A stretch of DNA of 64,000 nucleotides from an uncultured Verrucomicrobiae bacterium (GCA_963834385.1 CAWIBO010000002.1:128001-192000); one strand, 5' to 3'. Shown: positions 53,276-63,607, numbered from the stretch's first letter. Notes: generated by a model not told the origin, from the sequence alone. Numbers and translations: made by a program.

Positions 53276-54466
53276 ATGACGAAGGCGGAATACGAGGAAC
53301 TGACCCGGGCGCGCGCGGAGGGTCGCGAGATCCCGCCGCCTCCACCGCGCCCGCAACCCGAGGAGGAGGAAGTCTCCTCCACCCCGGCTCCGCCGCTCCT
53401 GGGCAGCGACGACGCCCTAGCGGAAATTCTGCCTCGGTTCGCGCCGCATGATCGCATCGCCATCGATACCGAGGCCGACAGCCTCCACTGTTATTTCGAG
53501 AAACTTTGCCTGCTCCAGATCAGCATTCCCGGGGAGGACTTCCTGGTGGACCCCTTGGCGGAGGTGAACCTGGCGCCGCTGGCGCAAAGCCTGGCCGACA
53601 AGGAACTGGTGGTGCAGGGGGCTGATTTTGATCTGCGCCTGATGCGCCGCAGTTTCGGGTTTGTCGCTTCGCGGGTGTTCGACACCGTGATCGCGGCCCG
53701 TGTTCTTGGTCTGCGCCAGTTCAGCCTCGCCGCCCTGGTGGAACAATATTTCGGGGTGGTCCTGACCAAGGGTTCGCAAAAAGCGAACTGGGCCCAGCGG
53801 CCGCTCCCCAACCGCATGGCGGAGTACGCCATCAACGACACCCATTACCTGCTGCCGCTGGCCGAAAAACTGGAGGCCCAGATGGTGGAAGCGGGCCGGA
53901 TCGAGTGGTTCCGGCAATCATGCGAGCGCGTCCTCCAGGGCGCCGGCATCGACCGGGAACGCGACCAGGAAGATCTTTGGCGCATCTCCGGCGCGGGCAC
54001 CCTGCGCGGACGGGCCGCCGCGGTCCTGCGCGCCCTCTGGCATTGGCGCGACCAGGAAGCGCGCACCGCCGACCGGCCCTCCTTTCATATCCTGCAAAAT
54101 TCGCAGCTCATCGAAGCGGCCAAAAGCTTTGTCGCCGGGGAGGAACCGCACTTCCGCCATATGTCGTCGCGGCGTCGCCGCGAGTTCATTGCCGCCGCCC
54201 AGTCCGCCCTTGCCCTTCCGGAGGAGGAATGGCCGGCGGCGCCTGCGCGCCGCGGCGTGCGCGCCACTCCCGAGGCGGAGAAACGGGCGCGCGACCTGAT
54301 GACGCGGCGCGACAAGGTCGCGACCGAACTTGGGATTGAGCCCTCCTTCATCGCGCCGCGGGCCACGCTCGAGGGCATCGGCAGCGACGAGAGCCGCGCG
54401 GAAACGCTTGTTCCCTGGCAGCGCGAGCTCCTCGGCTTGACGTCGTCCGTGGGCTCGCCCAAGTGA
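53276..54466 (+). CDS. rnd: Ribonuclease D (DEDDy exonuclease + HRDC)
   Basis: 'IAIDTEADS..Y..KLCLLQI', 'FDT.IAA', 'NWAQRPL...YAINDT', HRDC 'LWHWRDQEAR..DRP'. Confidence 0.9.
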   Translation: MTKAEYEELTRARAEGREIPPPPPRPQPEEEEVSSTPAPPLLGSDDALAEILPRFAPHDRIAIDTEADSLHCYFEKLCLLQISIPGEDFLVDPLAEVNLAPLAQSLADKELVVQGADFDLRLMRRSFGFVASRVFDTVIAARVLGLRQFSLAALVEQYFGVVLTKGSQKANWAQRPLPNRMAEYAINDTHYLLPLAEKLEAQMVEAGRIEWFRQSCERVLQGAGIDRERDQEDLWRISGAGTLRGRAAAVLRALWHWRDQEARTADRPSFHILQNSQLIEAAKSFVAGEEPHFRHMSSRRRREFIAAAQSALALPEEEWPAAPARRGVRATPEAEKRARDLMTRRDKVATELGIEPSFIAPRATLEGIGSDESRAETLVPWQRELLGLTSSVGSPK

Positions 54467-54470
54467 GCTG

Positions 54471-55262
54471 GTGATCTCTCGTTCGCTCGCCTTCGCCGTT
54501 ATCGGGCTTCTCATCGTCTCCGGGAGCGAAGCCGCGCCGCCATCCCCTCCGGGCCCGACGGTGCCGCAGCTGACAAAAGTCGTCGGCGACGTCCGCCTGG
54601 TCACCTCGCGGGGCAGCACCGCGGCCAAGCCAGGCGCGCCGGTTGCCGACGGGGTGCTTCTCTCGACCGGCCAGGGATCACGCGCGGAAGTCACCTTCCC
54701 CGATGCGCGAATCCTCCGGGCCGGTTCCGGCACCACCGTGATCGTTGGGAGCAGCGGGCTGATTGATTTGCGGCGGGGCGTCATCCTTTTTTCCCAGCCG
54801 CCGGGCCTGGTCGCCCGGACACAGGTTGTGACCTCGGGCCTCGTGACCCAGCTGAAAAACGGAACTTTCATGGTCGAGAACCAGCCGCCGCAGTTTGTGA
54901 AGTTCATGGGTTTAAATGGCGAACCCCGCGTTTCCCTGCGGACCAACCCGAAGGAAGGGGTCGAACTGCCCCCCGGGCGCATGCTCATCGTGCCGCCGCA
55001 GGGGCCCCTGACCGCGCCGGTGGAATTCGAGCTCGGGGCCGTGGTGACCAGCTCGCTCTTGTCGAAGAATTTTCGTCTGCTGCCGGCGTATCAATCGATC
55101 CAGCAGGAGGTTGCGAAGCAAAAGCGGGCCCGCTCTAAGGGCGACCTGGTGGAGACAAACCTGATGATCGACGGCGGCGGCACCCTGGTGAAACTGCTTC
55201 CGACCAAGGCCACGCCGGCGCCCAGCCCCACGGCTTCGCCGAAGGGCCCTTCTTCCCCGTGA
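54471..55262 (+). CDS. Short exported FecR-domain protein
   Basis: Signal peptide; 'LSTGQGSRAEVTFPD..ILRAGSGT' FecR-type motif; paralogous to the N-terminus of 56441-61927. Confidence 0.75.
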   Translation: MISRSLAFAVIGLLIVSGSEAAPPSPPGPTVPQLTKVVGDVRLVTSRGSTAAKPGAPVADGVLLSTGQGSRAEVTFPDARILRAGSGTTVIVGSSGLIDLRRGVILFSQPPGLVARTQVVTSGLVTQLKNGTFMVENQPPQFVKFMGLNGEPRVSLRTNPKEGVELPPGRMLIVPPQGPLTAPVEFELGAVVTSSLLSKNFRLLPAYQSIQQEVAKQKRARSKGDLVETNLMIDGGGTLVKLLPTKATPAPSPTASPKGPSSP

Positions 55263-55311
55263 TTTAGAAGCTTGACGCGGGAAATGGTCCCCGCCACAAA
55301 GGACGCCTCAT

Positions 55312-56268
55312 ATGATTCCCGATCTGTCTGCCGCCGTCCGCGCGGGCCGCCAATTTTTCCTCTGTGCGGGCTTTCTTGGCCTGTCCGCCGCTTCCGTTTT
55401 TGCCCAAGGCGAGGTTGATCGCGCCCAGCTTTTCCGCCAGTCAGCCCCGGTGCCGATGGCGCCGAGCGAGAACGGGGTGGAGGAATTCGGTCAGGCTCCA
55501 GCCTCGCCGAACGATTCCGACATGGGCGAGCAGCGGATCCTGAAGCGGCAGCAGGATTACGAGCCGTTCACCTTCAGTAGCGGCATTCCGATCTATTACA
55601 CCTCGAACGTGGGGTTGACCCGCAGCGGCGAAATCGGGGATGTCGTCTACGTTCCTCAGGTGGCGCTGACGTATCAGCCGCAACTGACCAGGACACTTTT
55701 CGCGGAAGCCACCATCCAACAGCAGCAATTCTACTACGGCGAATTCGACGCGCTCGATTTCGGCGCCTTTGATGTCGGCGGCGGACTGCTCTACGTGGTC
55801 CCCCGGGCCAGTAACCTGATGCTGCGCGCGAGATACAACTTTAACCGGCTGACCGATGACGATTTCTGCGAGTTCTATGCGAACCACTCGCTCTTTTTCA
55901 GCGCCGAGGTGCCACTGCGCTACGGCCGCGCCCATCAGGTCACCCTCGGGGCCAACGCCAACGTCAGTCTTTACGCGATGCCGGATGGCCCGCAGCGGAC
56001 CGATTACGAAACCTACGCCGCCTATTCGCTCAATATTTCGCGGCAATTCAATCTCACCGCCTCGGGCCGGTTGTCCTTCCGGGATTACTACGAGACCGAC
56101 CGCACCGACGTCTCGGAGATCCTCGCCTTCGTCGCCACCTACCGTTTCAATGATTGGGCCGCCATCAGCGCGATCAGCTCCTTCGCCTGGAACCAGTCAA
56201 ACCAGTCGGTCTTCGATTACCACGTGGCCAACGCCGGCGGCGCGGCGGCGTTCACCTTCCGCTTTTAG
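55312..56268 (+). CDS. Outer membrane beta-barrel protein
   Basis: Signal peptide; alternating amphipathic strands rich in Y/F; 'YTSNV' first-strand motif; C-terminal beta-signal 'AFTFRF'. Confidence 0.8.
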   Translation: MIPDLSAAVRAGRQFFLCAGFLGLSAASVFAQGEVDRAQLFRQSAPVPMAPSENGVEEFGQAPASPNDSDMGEQRILKRQQDYEPFTFSSGIPIYYTSNVGLTRSGEIGDVVYVPQVALTYQPQLTRTLFAEATIQQQQFYYGEFDALDFGAFDVGGGLLYVVPRASNLMLRARYNFNRLTDDDFCEFYANHSLFFSAEVPLRYGRAHQVTLGANANVSLYAMPDGPQRTDYETYAAYSLNISRQFNLTASGRLSFRDYYETDRTDVSEILAFVATYRFNDWAAISAISSFAWNQSNQSVFDYHVANAGGAAAFTFRF

Positions 56269-56440
56269 GCTCCGGGCTCCCGGGAAATTGGCGCCTTCCT
56301 GCCCGGGTGCTCGCTAAAGAGCGTTTTTCGCAGAAAAAGTTGCTCCGGCGCGCATTTTTGGCTCGCTTCCGGGGGGGTGGCCCGGTTCAGATATTCCCTG
56401 TCGCAATGGCTCCAAGCCGGGCGGCATCTTCCGGTTCATC

Positions 56441-59400
56441 ATGAAAAAACATTTCCCGTTTTCCCACCGTCCGTTCCGCCTCGTTCTTTCCGTCGTGCTC
56501 GCGCTTTTGCTCCTGCAGGCGTCCGGCCAGGCGGCCCAGCTCAAGGAGGCCAAGGTCAGCCAGGTCATTAAGGAGGTGAACCTCCTTCCCGGCCAGGCCA
56601 ATCCGCGCCCGGCCGCGGTCAATGACCCCATTGATGAGAACACCGCCGTCCGGACCGGGGGCGAATCGCGCGCGGAGCTGACTTTTTCCGACCTGACCAT
56701 CACCCGCCTGGGCGAGAATACCGTTTTCAGTTTCGACAAGGGAACGCGCAACGTGAACCTCGGCGGCGGCGCCCTGCTTCTCCATGTGCCGAAAAATTCC
56801 GGGGGCGCAAAGATTCGCACCGCCGCGGTCACGGCCGCCATCACCGGGACGACTGTCCTGATGGAGTATCACAAGGACGTTTACAAATTCATCGTGATTG
56901 AAGGCACCGCCTGCGTTTGTCCCTCCGACCTGAAGCAGGAGGAAGAGAACGGGCTCGCCATGGCGCAGGTGCAGAAGAAGGAGCTGCAGGCGGGGGAGGA
57001 GTCGCCCTGCGACGAGGCGCAATTCAGCGAGGAAGACAACGTGGCCACGGGTGGCGCTTGCCGCGAAGTGCTCGCGGGCCAGATGCTGATGGGCCGGCCC
57101 GGCGAACCGCTGACCGATCCGCTCGATGTGGACATCAGCGCCATTTTGGAAACTTCGGCCTTGATCACCGATTTCCCGCCGCTGGACAGCCAGAACGAGA
57201 TGGAACAGACCGCAGACGATCAAAAAGGCGGCCAAAGCAATGGGACCTTCATCGCGGTCGCGGGCCTTGGCCTGGGTGATCCCACAAATATCAACGAGCA
57301 GGACCAGGCCAACAACCAGGAGTCACCGACTCCTTCGCCTTCGGCGACGGCCAGCCCGACGGCGACAGTAAGCCCGACCTCTCCGCCGCCGGCGCTGAAG
57401 TTCGGGACTCCGCCAGTCATCACCTCGCCCGACCCCTACGTGATTGATCCCAGCACCCTGATTGTGACTGATCCGACGATCACGACCAACGGGATCACGG
57501 ACGAGGGCCGGATTTATCGCGACAACGATGAGGACGGTCCTTTCACCGTTTGGGCTTTTGGCGATACCTCGGAGTTCGACGAGACCAGCGGGTTCGAGGG
57601 CGGGCCGGATACCGGCACGTTTTTGCAGGACATCACCGTCTTCAAGTTCGCCAATCTCATTCTCGCGGGTGATCCGATGATCGACACCGAAGGCGGCCCG
57701 GTGAATCTCGGGCTGGTCGCCGTGGGCGACCTGATGACGGAAGTGGTGGCGTTGCCCGGCGCGGGGCTGCAACCGGTCGCGATGACCTTTGCCGGCATCG
57801 AGACACTCTTGCTGGCGACGGTGGACGGGACGATCACCCTGGGGCCGGGTTACGAGTTCATGGGCACTGACCGCATGTTCATTTACGCCCGCGGCAGCGA
57901 GACCTCGCTCGTTATCGATTCCAACATCTCGACAAATAACGATCTGCGGCTCTACAGCGAGGGCCCGGTCACGCTGGGCGGCGACATGAGCACAACGAAC
58001 TTCAGTTCGTTCTCCGCGGGTGACTTTTCGCATACCGGCCTCATTGAGGCAGTCGGTTTTTATGTGACCTCGCTGGGAAATATTACGATCAACGGCGGGG
58101 AGGTGCCCGATGTGCCGGGGGGTGGAGGGGCGATCTACATGAATGCGACAGGCGCCCTGACAATTTTTGTCCAGGGTGGGGGAGAAAACGAAGCCAATAC
58201 CCGGGACTCGTTTGAAGCTTACGGTGAAACGATCAGTCTTTTCGTGGATGAACCGACTGACCTGGCCTTCGAAGCGGAGTCGCCGATCTTCAGCGCCGGC
58301 CTTGGCGGCATCCAGGCATCGAACGTGAATTTTGGAGCGGCCGACCTCCAGTTGCTCTCCTTGGGTGACATCAATATCAACGGCACCTTCCTGACCCCGA
58401 ATGCCACCTTTCTGGGCGGGCTGATTGACGCTGGCGGGTCGCTTAATTCCGGTGGCGACGTCACCATCCTGGAGATCTTCACCGGGCTCGACGTCGACGT
58501 GCAGGGGAGTGTTTTTGCCAGCACCGTGCAGGCGGGCGGATTGGTCAACGTCACCGATCGTCTGAGCGCCGGTTTCGTCTCGGCGGGGGGCGACATCACG
58601 GCAGGGACCGTCTCCGTGTTCGAGATTGACGCGACTTCGGGGATCCTGACCGCGACCTCCGGGGGCATCGTTCCCTACGTTTTCTCCTACGTTGAGCCGG
58701 AAATGGGCCCGCCGACCGATGGCGCGAATGCGGAGCATGTTTTTGACGTCCTGACGGTGGTGTCACCAGCCGGCATTGATTTCAGCGGCAACCAGTTTAA
58801 CGGGATCAGCGGTCTTTCCTCGGGCGGGAAGCTGACGCTCAACGTAGATTACATCAATTTCGATTCGACGATCGGGGTGGGCGCAGTTCATTTCGAAGGG
58901 GCGGACGCGGGAGCGTTCGACAACGATCCGGAAACGCCGGCGGGTGGCGGCGACGGCGGCACGTTTATCGTCAATGCCGCCGGGGAGATTTACGTCGGCG
59001 AACTGATCTCCGCGACCACAGGCCGGAACGAACAGGTATTCACTGGCACCGGCGCCGCCGGGAAGGGGCCATTTGTCAGCGGGAACGGGGGGACGGTCTT
59101 TCTGAACAGCGCGGCTGGCCCGATCACGGTCGATTCCACAATTATCGTCTCTTCAAATGACGACGCCCTCGTTGATGAAGTGCTGGGTCCCGACCCGGCG
59201 TTCGGCTTCGATCCTCCGCGCAACAGCGCGAGTGGAGGTGAGATCGGTCTCTACAGCCAGCTTGAGACCGGCCCGGCCATCACCCTGAATGAGGGTGGTT
59301 CGCTCCTGAGTCTGCTCGATTACTTTGCCCCGGGCCCGGGCGGGACCATCTCGCTCATCTCGGAGGGAGGCGATATTCTTGTCCTCGGTGAAATCAGGGC

Positions 59401-61927
59401 GGATCGCGGCACGATCACGATTTCTAGTAAGGGTATGCAGGCGCCTCTGGTCGGGCCGCGGGGTGGTCTCGAGGCCGTTTCGCTCGTGACCGTGGATGTG
59501 GGCTCCCTCACGGCGGAAACACTCAGCATCCTCTCTTCCGGCAACATCGATTTCGGCCTGGATGACGGCGTGCATGTCAATGCGGTGACCCTGACTCTCT
59601 CGGCCGAGAGCGACCTGAACATTGGCGGCCTTGATACAAGCGAAACTGCCTATGACTCGAGCGGTAACGTCACGATCGAAGCGGGGCAGGACATTACCAC
59701 GAGCGGAGCGTTGCTGGTGATGAGATCAAACGGCAGCCAGACGACCGGCTTGAATATTTCCCTGACGGCGGGGAACGTTCTATCGCTCTCGCATAATCTT
59801 GATCTCCAGGTTTACGGCGATGGTCTCGAGACCGGGGGAAATATCGACGTCGCGGCCGATGGAGGGATCACCGCGACCCGCTTCATTTATCTGGCGACGG
59901 AGGCGGACGATAACGTGGGAACCGGGCTCAACATCGACGTCGACTCCGGGGGAGCTTTCACCACGGGAGGTCTGCAAGCCTTCACCACACTCTACAGCGG
60001 CGAGATGACGGAAGGCGCGAACATCACCGTCAATGTCGACGGCGACATGGTCGCGACCGGCTTCGACACCGGGGACGGCATTATCTTTGGCAGCATCGCG
60101 CTGGGGACGGAGATTGGCGGCGACCTCGCCACCGGTGCGAACATCACGCTCGATGTCACCGGGACTCTTCAAACGTTGAGAAACTTCGACGCTGAGGTCT
60201 CTATCGATGGCGCCATCGGCACCGGTGGAAATATCGATATCAAGGTCGATGGACCCATCATTGTGGGCGAAGTGGCCTTCCCCTTCGTGCGCGGCCTGGA
60301 CCGCAAGGGAGGTCCACTGCCTATAAGCAACGGCAACTTGAGCCTGGTCGTGGAGGTTGATGACGCAGATATCACGGACGGTGGAAATATCCTCCTGGAG
60401 GGAGGCAGCGATCTCACTGCGGGCACGTTCCTTGCCGAAGTCGTGAACAGCGGTTTCATCGAGGATGGCGGCGGAATCAAGATCGATGTCGAAGGGACCA
60501 TCTCCGTGACGGATGCCACCTGGAGGATCCAAACCCCCCCCGGTCTTGGGAACTTCGAGCTCGCGGCCTTGACCGCTCTGGGGCCGACACTGGAAGTGGA
60601 GGCGGGTGCGCTCTTTGCCTTCGACCGGGTTGACGCCTACATCTACACCTCGTTTGGCTTCGCCGACCATGGAGAGGTTTCGCTGACCATCGCCGGGCCG
60701 ATCCAGGCCGGAACGCTCAATGTGCGCGGAAAGGTCATGGCCCAGGGCGACGTTTTTGCCTCCACGCTTTCCAGCACCGATGTGCAATCCGACTCTTCCA
60801 TCGCCGTCGGCGTCGGCGGGATTGTTCCCTTTCAGGTTGAACTCCTCCAGGAGACAGGCCTGCATCTTCTGAGCGCACCGGTTGTCAGCTCACTCGGCGG
60901 CATCGATTTTGACGGACAGGACGCCGATGGTGATTTTGCGGCGGCGACCCATGGCGGAAAGCTGCAGATCGATGCTGATGCGCTCACGGTCAGTTTCGTA
61001 GGGGACATCCAGAGCAGCGTCTCCGCCAACGGCGGCAACGGCTCCCTGTTCTTTACTGCCGGCAATGGTGGTTTGCTTGAGTTCAACACTGCCGGTGTCC
61101 TTTCCGTGGAGTCGGATATCGAGGCCACCAGCGGTTATATCGACGGGCAAATCACGGATGAGGCGCAGGGTGAAGGCGGGACCGTTAATCTGAATTCTTC
61201 TCAGGACACGGTCACGGTCGCCGCCCGCGTGGAAGTCTCCTCGAACGATCCGGAGCCGGACTCGAGCGCCACGCCCGCGCCGCCCCACCGTCGCAGCAGC
61301 AAAGGTGGAAACATCTCGGTCAAGAGCGGGAAGACCTCCGGCGTCGCGGTCAACATCGCCAATACAGGCCAGTTGCTCGCCTTGCTCGATTCCGCCACGG
61401 CCGGGCCCGGCGGCAAGATCGAGATTCACGCCACCACCGAGACGGGCAACAGCAGCCAGATCAATGTAAATGGCCGCGTCCAAGCCGACCAGGGGACAGT
61501 CGATATTCGCCACCAAGGTGACAATGGTGTCATCAACCTGACCAACGCCGACGTCCGGGCCGAGACGGTGAAGGTGGCCGCGCTCGGCACCAACGGCGCG
61601 CTCAACATCGGCGGCGGCCAACTCTCCGCCGACACCACGCTCAAACTCTATTCGCCTTCCAGCAACGGCACGATCAACTTCGTGGCCAATGTGAGCCTCT
61701 CCAGCCCGCAGAGCATCATCGCGGCCAACACGGTCAACATCAACAACGGCGTGGTCGTGCACATTAATTCCGCGAACCCGGCGGATGTCTTCACCACGAA
61801 CGCCAATTACACCAACTTCGGCGGCAACGGCAGCCTGACTGGCACGTTCTCAGGTGCGGGGGCGAATAATCCCCAGCCCCTGGCTGACAGGCCGCCGCTC
61901 GATGCGGCGCCTCCACCGGGTGGTTAA
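56441..61927 (+). CDS. Large exoprotein: N-terminal FecR domain + PST linker + acidic G/T/D-rich beta-helix-like passenger
   Basis: 1828 aa. Signal peptide, 'VRTGGESRAELTFSD.TITRLGENT...IRTAAVTAAITGTT', haemagglutinin-like 'GGxIxxxxxGxI' repeats, no C-terminal autotransporter barrel. Confidence 0.85.
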   Translation: MKKHFPFSHRPFRLVLSVVLALLLLQASGQAAQLKEAKVSQVIKEVNLLPGQANPRPAAVNDPIDENTAVRTGGESRAELTFSDLTITRLGENTVFSFDKGTRNVNLGGGALLLHVPKNSGGAKIRTAAVTAAITGTTVLMEYHKDVYKFIVIEGTACVCPSDLKQEEENGLAMAQVQKKELQAGEESPCDEAQFSEEDNVATGGACREVLAGQMLMGRPGEPLTDPLDVDISAILETSALITDFPPLDSQNEMEQTADDQKGGQSNGTFIAVAGLGLGDPTNINEQDQANNQESPTPSPSATASPTATVSPTSPPPALKFGTPPVITSPDPYVIDPSTLIVTDPTITTNGITDEGRIYRDNDEDGPFTVWAFGDTSEFDETSGFEGGPDTGTFLQDITVFKFANLILAGDPMIDTEGGPVNLGLVAVGDLMTEVVALPGAGLQPVAMTFAGIETLLLATVDGTITLGPGYEFMGTDRMFIYARGSETSLVIDSNISTNNDLRLYSEGPVTLGGDMSTTNFSSFSAGDFSHTGLIEAVGFYVTSLGNITINGGEVPDVPGGGGAIYMNATGALTIFVQGGGENEANTRDSFEAYGETISLFVDEPTDLAFEAESPIFSAGLGGIQASNVNFGAADLQLLSLGDININGTFLTPNATFLGGLIDAGGSLNSGGDVTILEIFTGLDVDVQGSVFASTVQAGGLVNVTDRLSAGFVSAGGDITAGTVSVFEIDATSGILTATSGGIVPYVFSYVEPEMGPPTDGANAEHVFDVLTVVSPAGIDFSGNQFNGISGLSSGGKLTLNVDYINFDSTIGVGAVHFEGADAGAFDNDPETPAGGGDGGTFIVNAAGEIYVGELISATTGRNEQVFTGTGAAGKGPFVSGNGGTVFLNSAAGPITVDSTIIVSSNDDALVDEVLGPDPAFGFDPPRNSASGGEIGLYSQLETGPAITLNEGGSLLSLLDYFAPGPGGTISLISEGGDILVLGEIRADRGTITISSKGMQAPLVGPRGGLEAVSLVTVDVGSLTAETLSILSSGNIDFGLDDGVHVNAVTLTLSAESDLNIGGLDTSETAYDSSGNVTIEAGQDITTSGALLVMRSNGSQTTGLNISLTAGNVLSLSHNLDLQVYGDGLETGGNIDVAADGGITATRFIYLATEADDNVGTGLNIDVDSGGAFTTGGLQAFTTLYSGEMTEGANITVNVDGDMVATGFDTGDGIIFGSIALGTEIGGDLATGANITLDVTGTLQTLRNFDAEVSIDGAIGTGGNIDIKVDGPIIVGEVAFPFVRGLDRKGGPLPISNGNLSLVVEVDDADITDGGNILLEGGSDLTAGTFLAEVVNSGFIEDGGGIKIDVEGTISVTDATWRIQTPPGLGNFELAALTALGPTLEVEAGALFAFDRVDAYIYTSFGFADHGEVSLTIAGPIQAGTLNVRGKVMAQGDVFASTLSSTDVQSDSSIAVGVGGIVPFQVELLQETGLHLLSAPVVSSLGGIDFDGQDADGDFAAATHGGKLQIDADALTVSFVGDIQSSVSANGGNGSLFFTAGNGGLLEFNTAGVLSVESDIEATSGYIDGQITDEAQGEGGTVNLNSSQDTVTVAARVEVSSNDPEPDSSATPAPPHRRSSKGGNISVKSGKTSGVAVNIANTGQLLALLDSATAGPGGKIEIHATTETGNSSQINVNGRVQADQGTVDIRHQGDNGVINLTNADVRAETVKVAALGTNGALNIGGGQLSADTTLKLYSPSSNGTINFVANVSLSSPQSIIAANTVNINNGVVVHINSANPADVFTTNANYTNFGGNGSLTGTFSGAGANNPQPLADRPPLDAAPPPGG

Positions 61928-61936
61928 AAACGAGAG

Positions 61937-62861
61937 CTAGCGGCGGCGCTTCGAATCGGCGTCGAGATAACCGGCTCCCAGGGCCACTCCCGACCGCCAC
62001 CAGGCCGGCGGCGGTGGCAAAGGGGACCGGATCAAACGGCGCGGGAGGCACGGAAACAATTCCCTGCTCGTCCGTGACTGCGGGTTCCCGGACGTAACGT
62101 CCGTGCCGCGGCGGTCGAAATGCATCCGCGAAAGCCTCGAGCCGCCGCGAGAGATCGCTTTCCCCCAGGGGAATGCCATGCCCGCAGGCCACCACGTTCG
62201 GACGAAGGTCGGCCAGCCGTTGCACCGACTCATGGGTGGCGTGCCAGTCGCAGTTAAAGGGCGCCCCGGCCCGGGCCAGGGTTTGGGCGCCGCCAATTAC
62301 TCCCTGCCACGAATCCATGTTCACCGTCGCAAAGGCGTCACCCGCCAGGAGAACGCGATCGGAGGCCCGGAAAAGCGCGACATGTCCCGGAGAGTGCCCG
62401 GGTGTATGCAGCCATTTCCAGCCGGCCAGGCCCGGAAGTTCGCCTTCGCGCAGTTCGCGCAGTTCGCGCAGGTGGGGCCCAAGGTCGCGTCGCCCATTCG
62501 GCATGAACCGGGAGAGAAAAGCGATGGCGCCGCCAATGGTCGGATCAGGCGGGGGATACTTCGACTTTCCGCTCAGGTAGGGCATTTCCAGGGGATGCGC
62601 GTAGACGGGAACGTCCCAATGCTCGGCCAGGGCGAGGGCCGACCCGGCGTGATCAAAGTGGCCATGGGTCAGAACAATCGCGGCCGGCTTCGCTCCGCTG
62701 CCAAACCGCGCCTCGGTCGCCTCGATGATCTGGCCCGCCCGGCCGGGCAGACCGGCGTCCACCAGCGTCCAGGGCGTGCCCGGGCGGCCGACGAAATAGA
62801 CGTTAACAAAACTGACCGGCAGCCAGCCGACATCAGGGGCAATGCGAAGAATGGGTCTCAT
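61937..62861 (-). CDS. Metallo-beta-lactamase-fold hydrolase (YflN-like), probable +1 frameshift near 61990
   Basis: 'LVDAG', 'LTHGHFDHAG', 'HTPGHSPGH', 'LAGDA', 'CGHG'. The C-terminal TM completes in the shifted frame as 'GVALGAGYLDADSKRRR*' at 61937, avoiding overlap with the exoprotein gene. Confidence 0.85.
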
Positions 62862-62917
62862 GTTCCGATGTCCGGTGAAGAAAATCGTCTCTGCGGGGTC
62901 AGACGGTCGCTCCCACT

Positions 62918-63607
62918 TTACGGGATGACCAGGGTCTGCCCAACCTTAAGTTTGCCCGGGTCCTCAATTGTCCCCGCGTTGGCGGCATGAATTTCCTTCC
63001 AGCGCCGCGGGGACTGGTAAAGCTTGCGCGAGATCGAAACGAGGGTGTCGCCGGGTTCCACCACATAGGTGCGCGCTTTCTTGGAGCGGCTCGCCGCGGC
63101 CGGGGCGGCTGTCGTCGCGGGCCGACGCGGCGACGGGCTGGGCAGGGGACGTCCCGACCGGAGATATTCGAGATCGCGGCGCAGGGAAAGATTCTCGTTG
63201 CGCAATCGCGTCGCCTCGGCCCGTGTCACCACCGAGTCGCCGGAAAGTGAGGTGACCAGCTCCAGCTCGTCCCGTTTCATCAATTCCTTCACCTCCGCGG
63301 CATGTTTACCGGCCGGGCTCAGCGTCAGGTAGCGCTTGTAATGGTGCAGAGCGTTGAGCGGGTCCTTCATCTTGTCGTCATAAAGCAGCCCGAGCCGGTA
63401 ATGCACCTCGGCTGCTCCCTTCGTGCCGTCGAGCGCCGATTCATAAAGAGCGATGGCTTCCATGAAATTTCCGTCGCCGGTTTCCCGTTCGGCGTCCCGA
63501 AGCTTTTGCGTCCCGGCCGGGGTGATCATGCGGTCGCATCCTGAGGCCGTGAGGAGAAAAACCGCGAGCATCAACAGGCGCGCGCTCCCTGAACGAAAAC
63601 CTTTCAT
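62918..63607 (-). CDS. TPR + LysM lipoprotein
   Basis: Lipobox 'TASGC', TPR-like helices, LysM 'YVVEPGDTLVSISRKLY...W.EI..AN...LKVGQTLVIP'. Confidence 0.9.
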   Translation of the reverse strand: MKGFRSGSARLLMLAVFLLTASGCDRMITPAGTQKLRDAERETGDGNFMEAIALYESALDGTKGAAEVHYRLGLLYDDKMKDPLNALHHYKRYLTLSPAGKHAAEVKELMKRDELELVTSLSGDSVVTRAEATRLRNENLSLRRDLEYLRSGRPLPSPSPRRPATTAAPAAASRSKKARTYVVEPGDTLVSISRKLYQSPRRWKEIHAANAGTIEDPGKLKVGQTLVIP

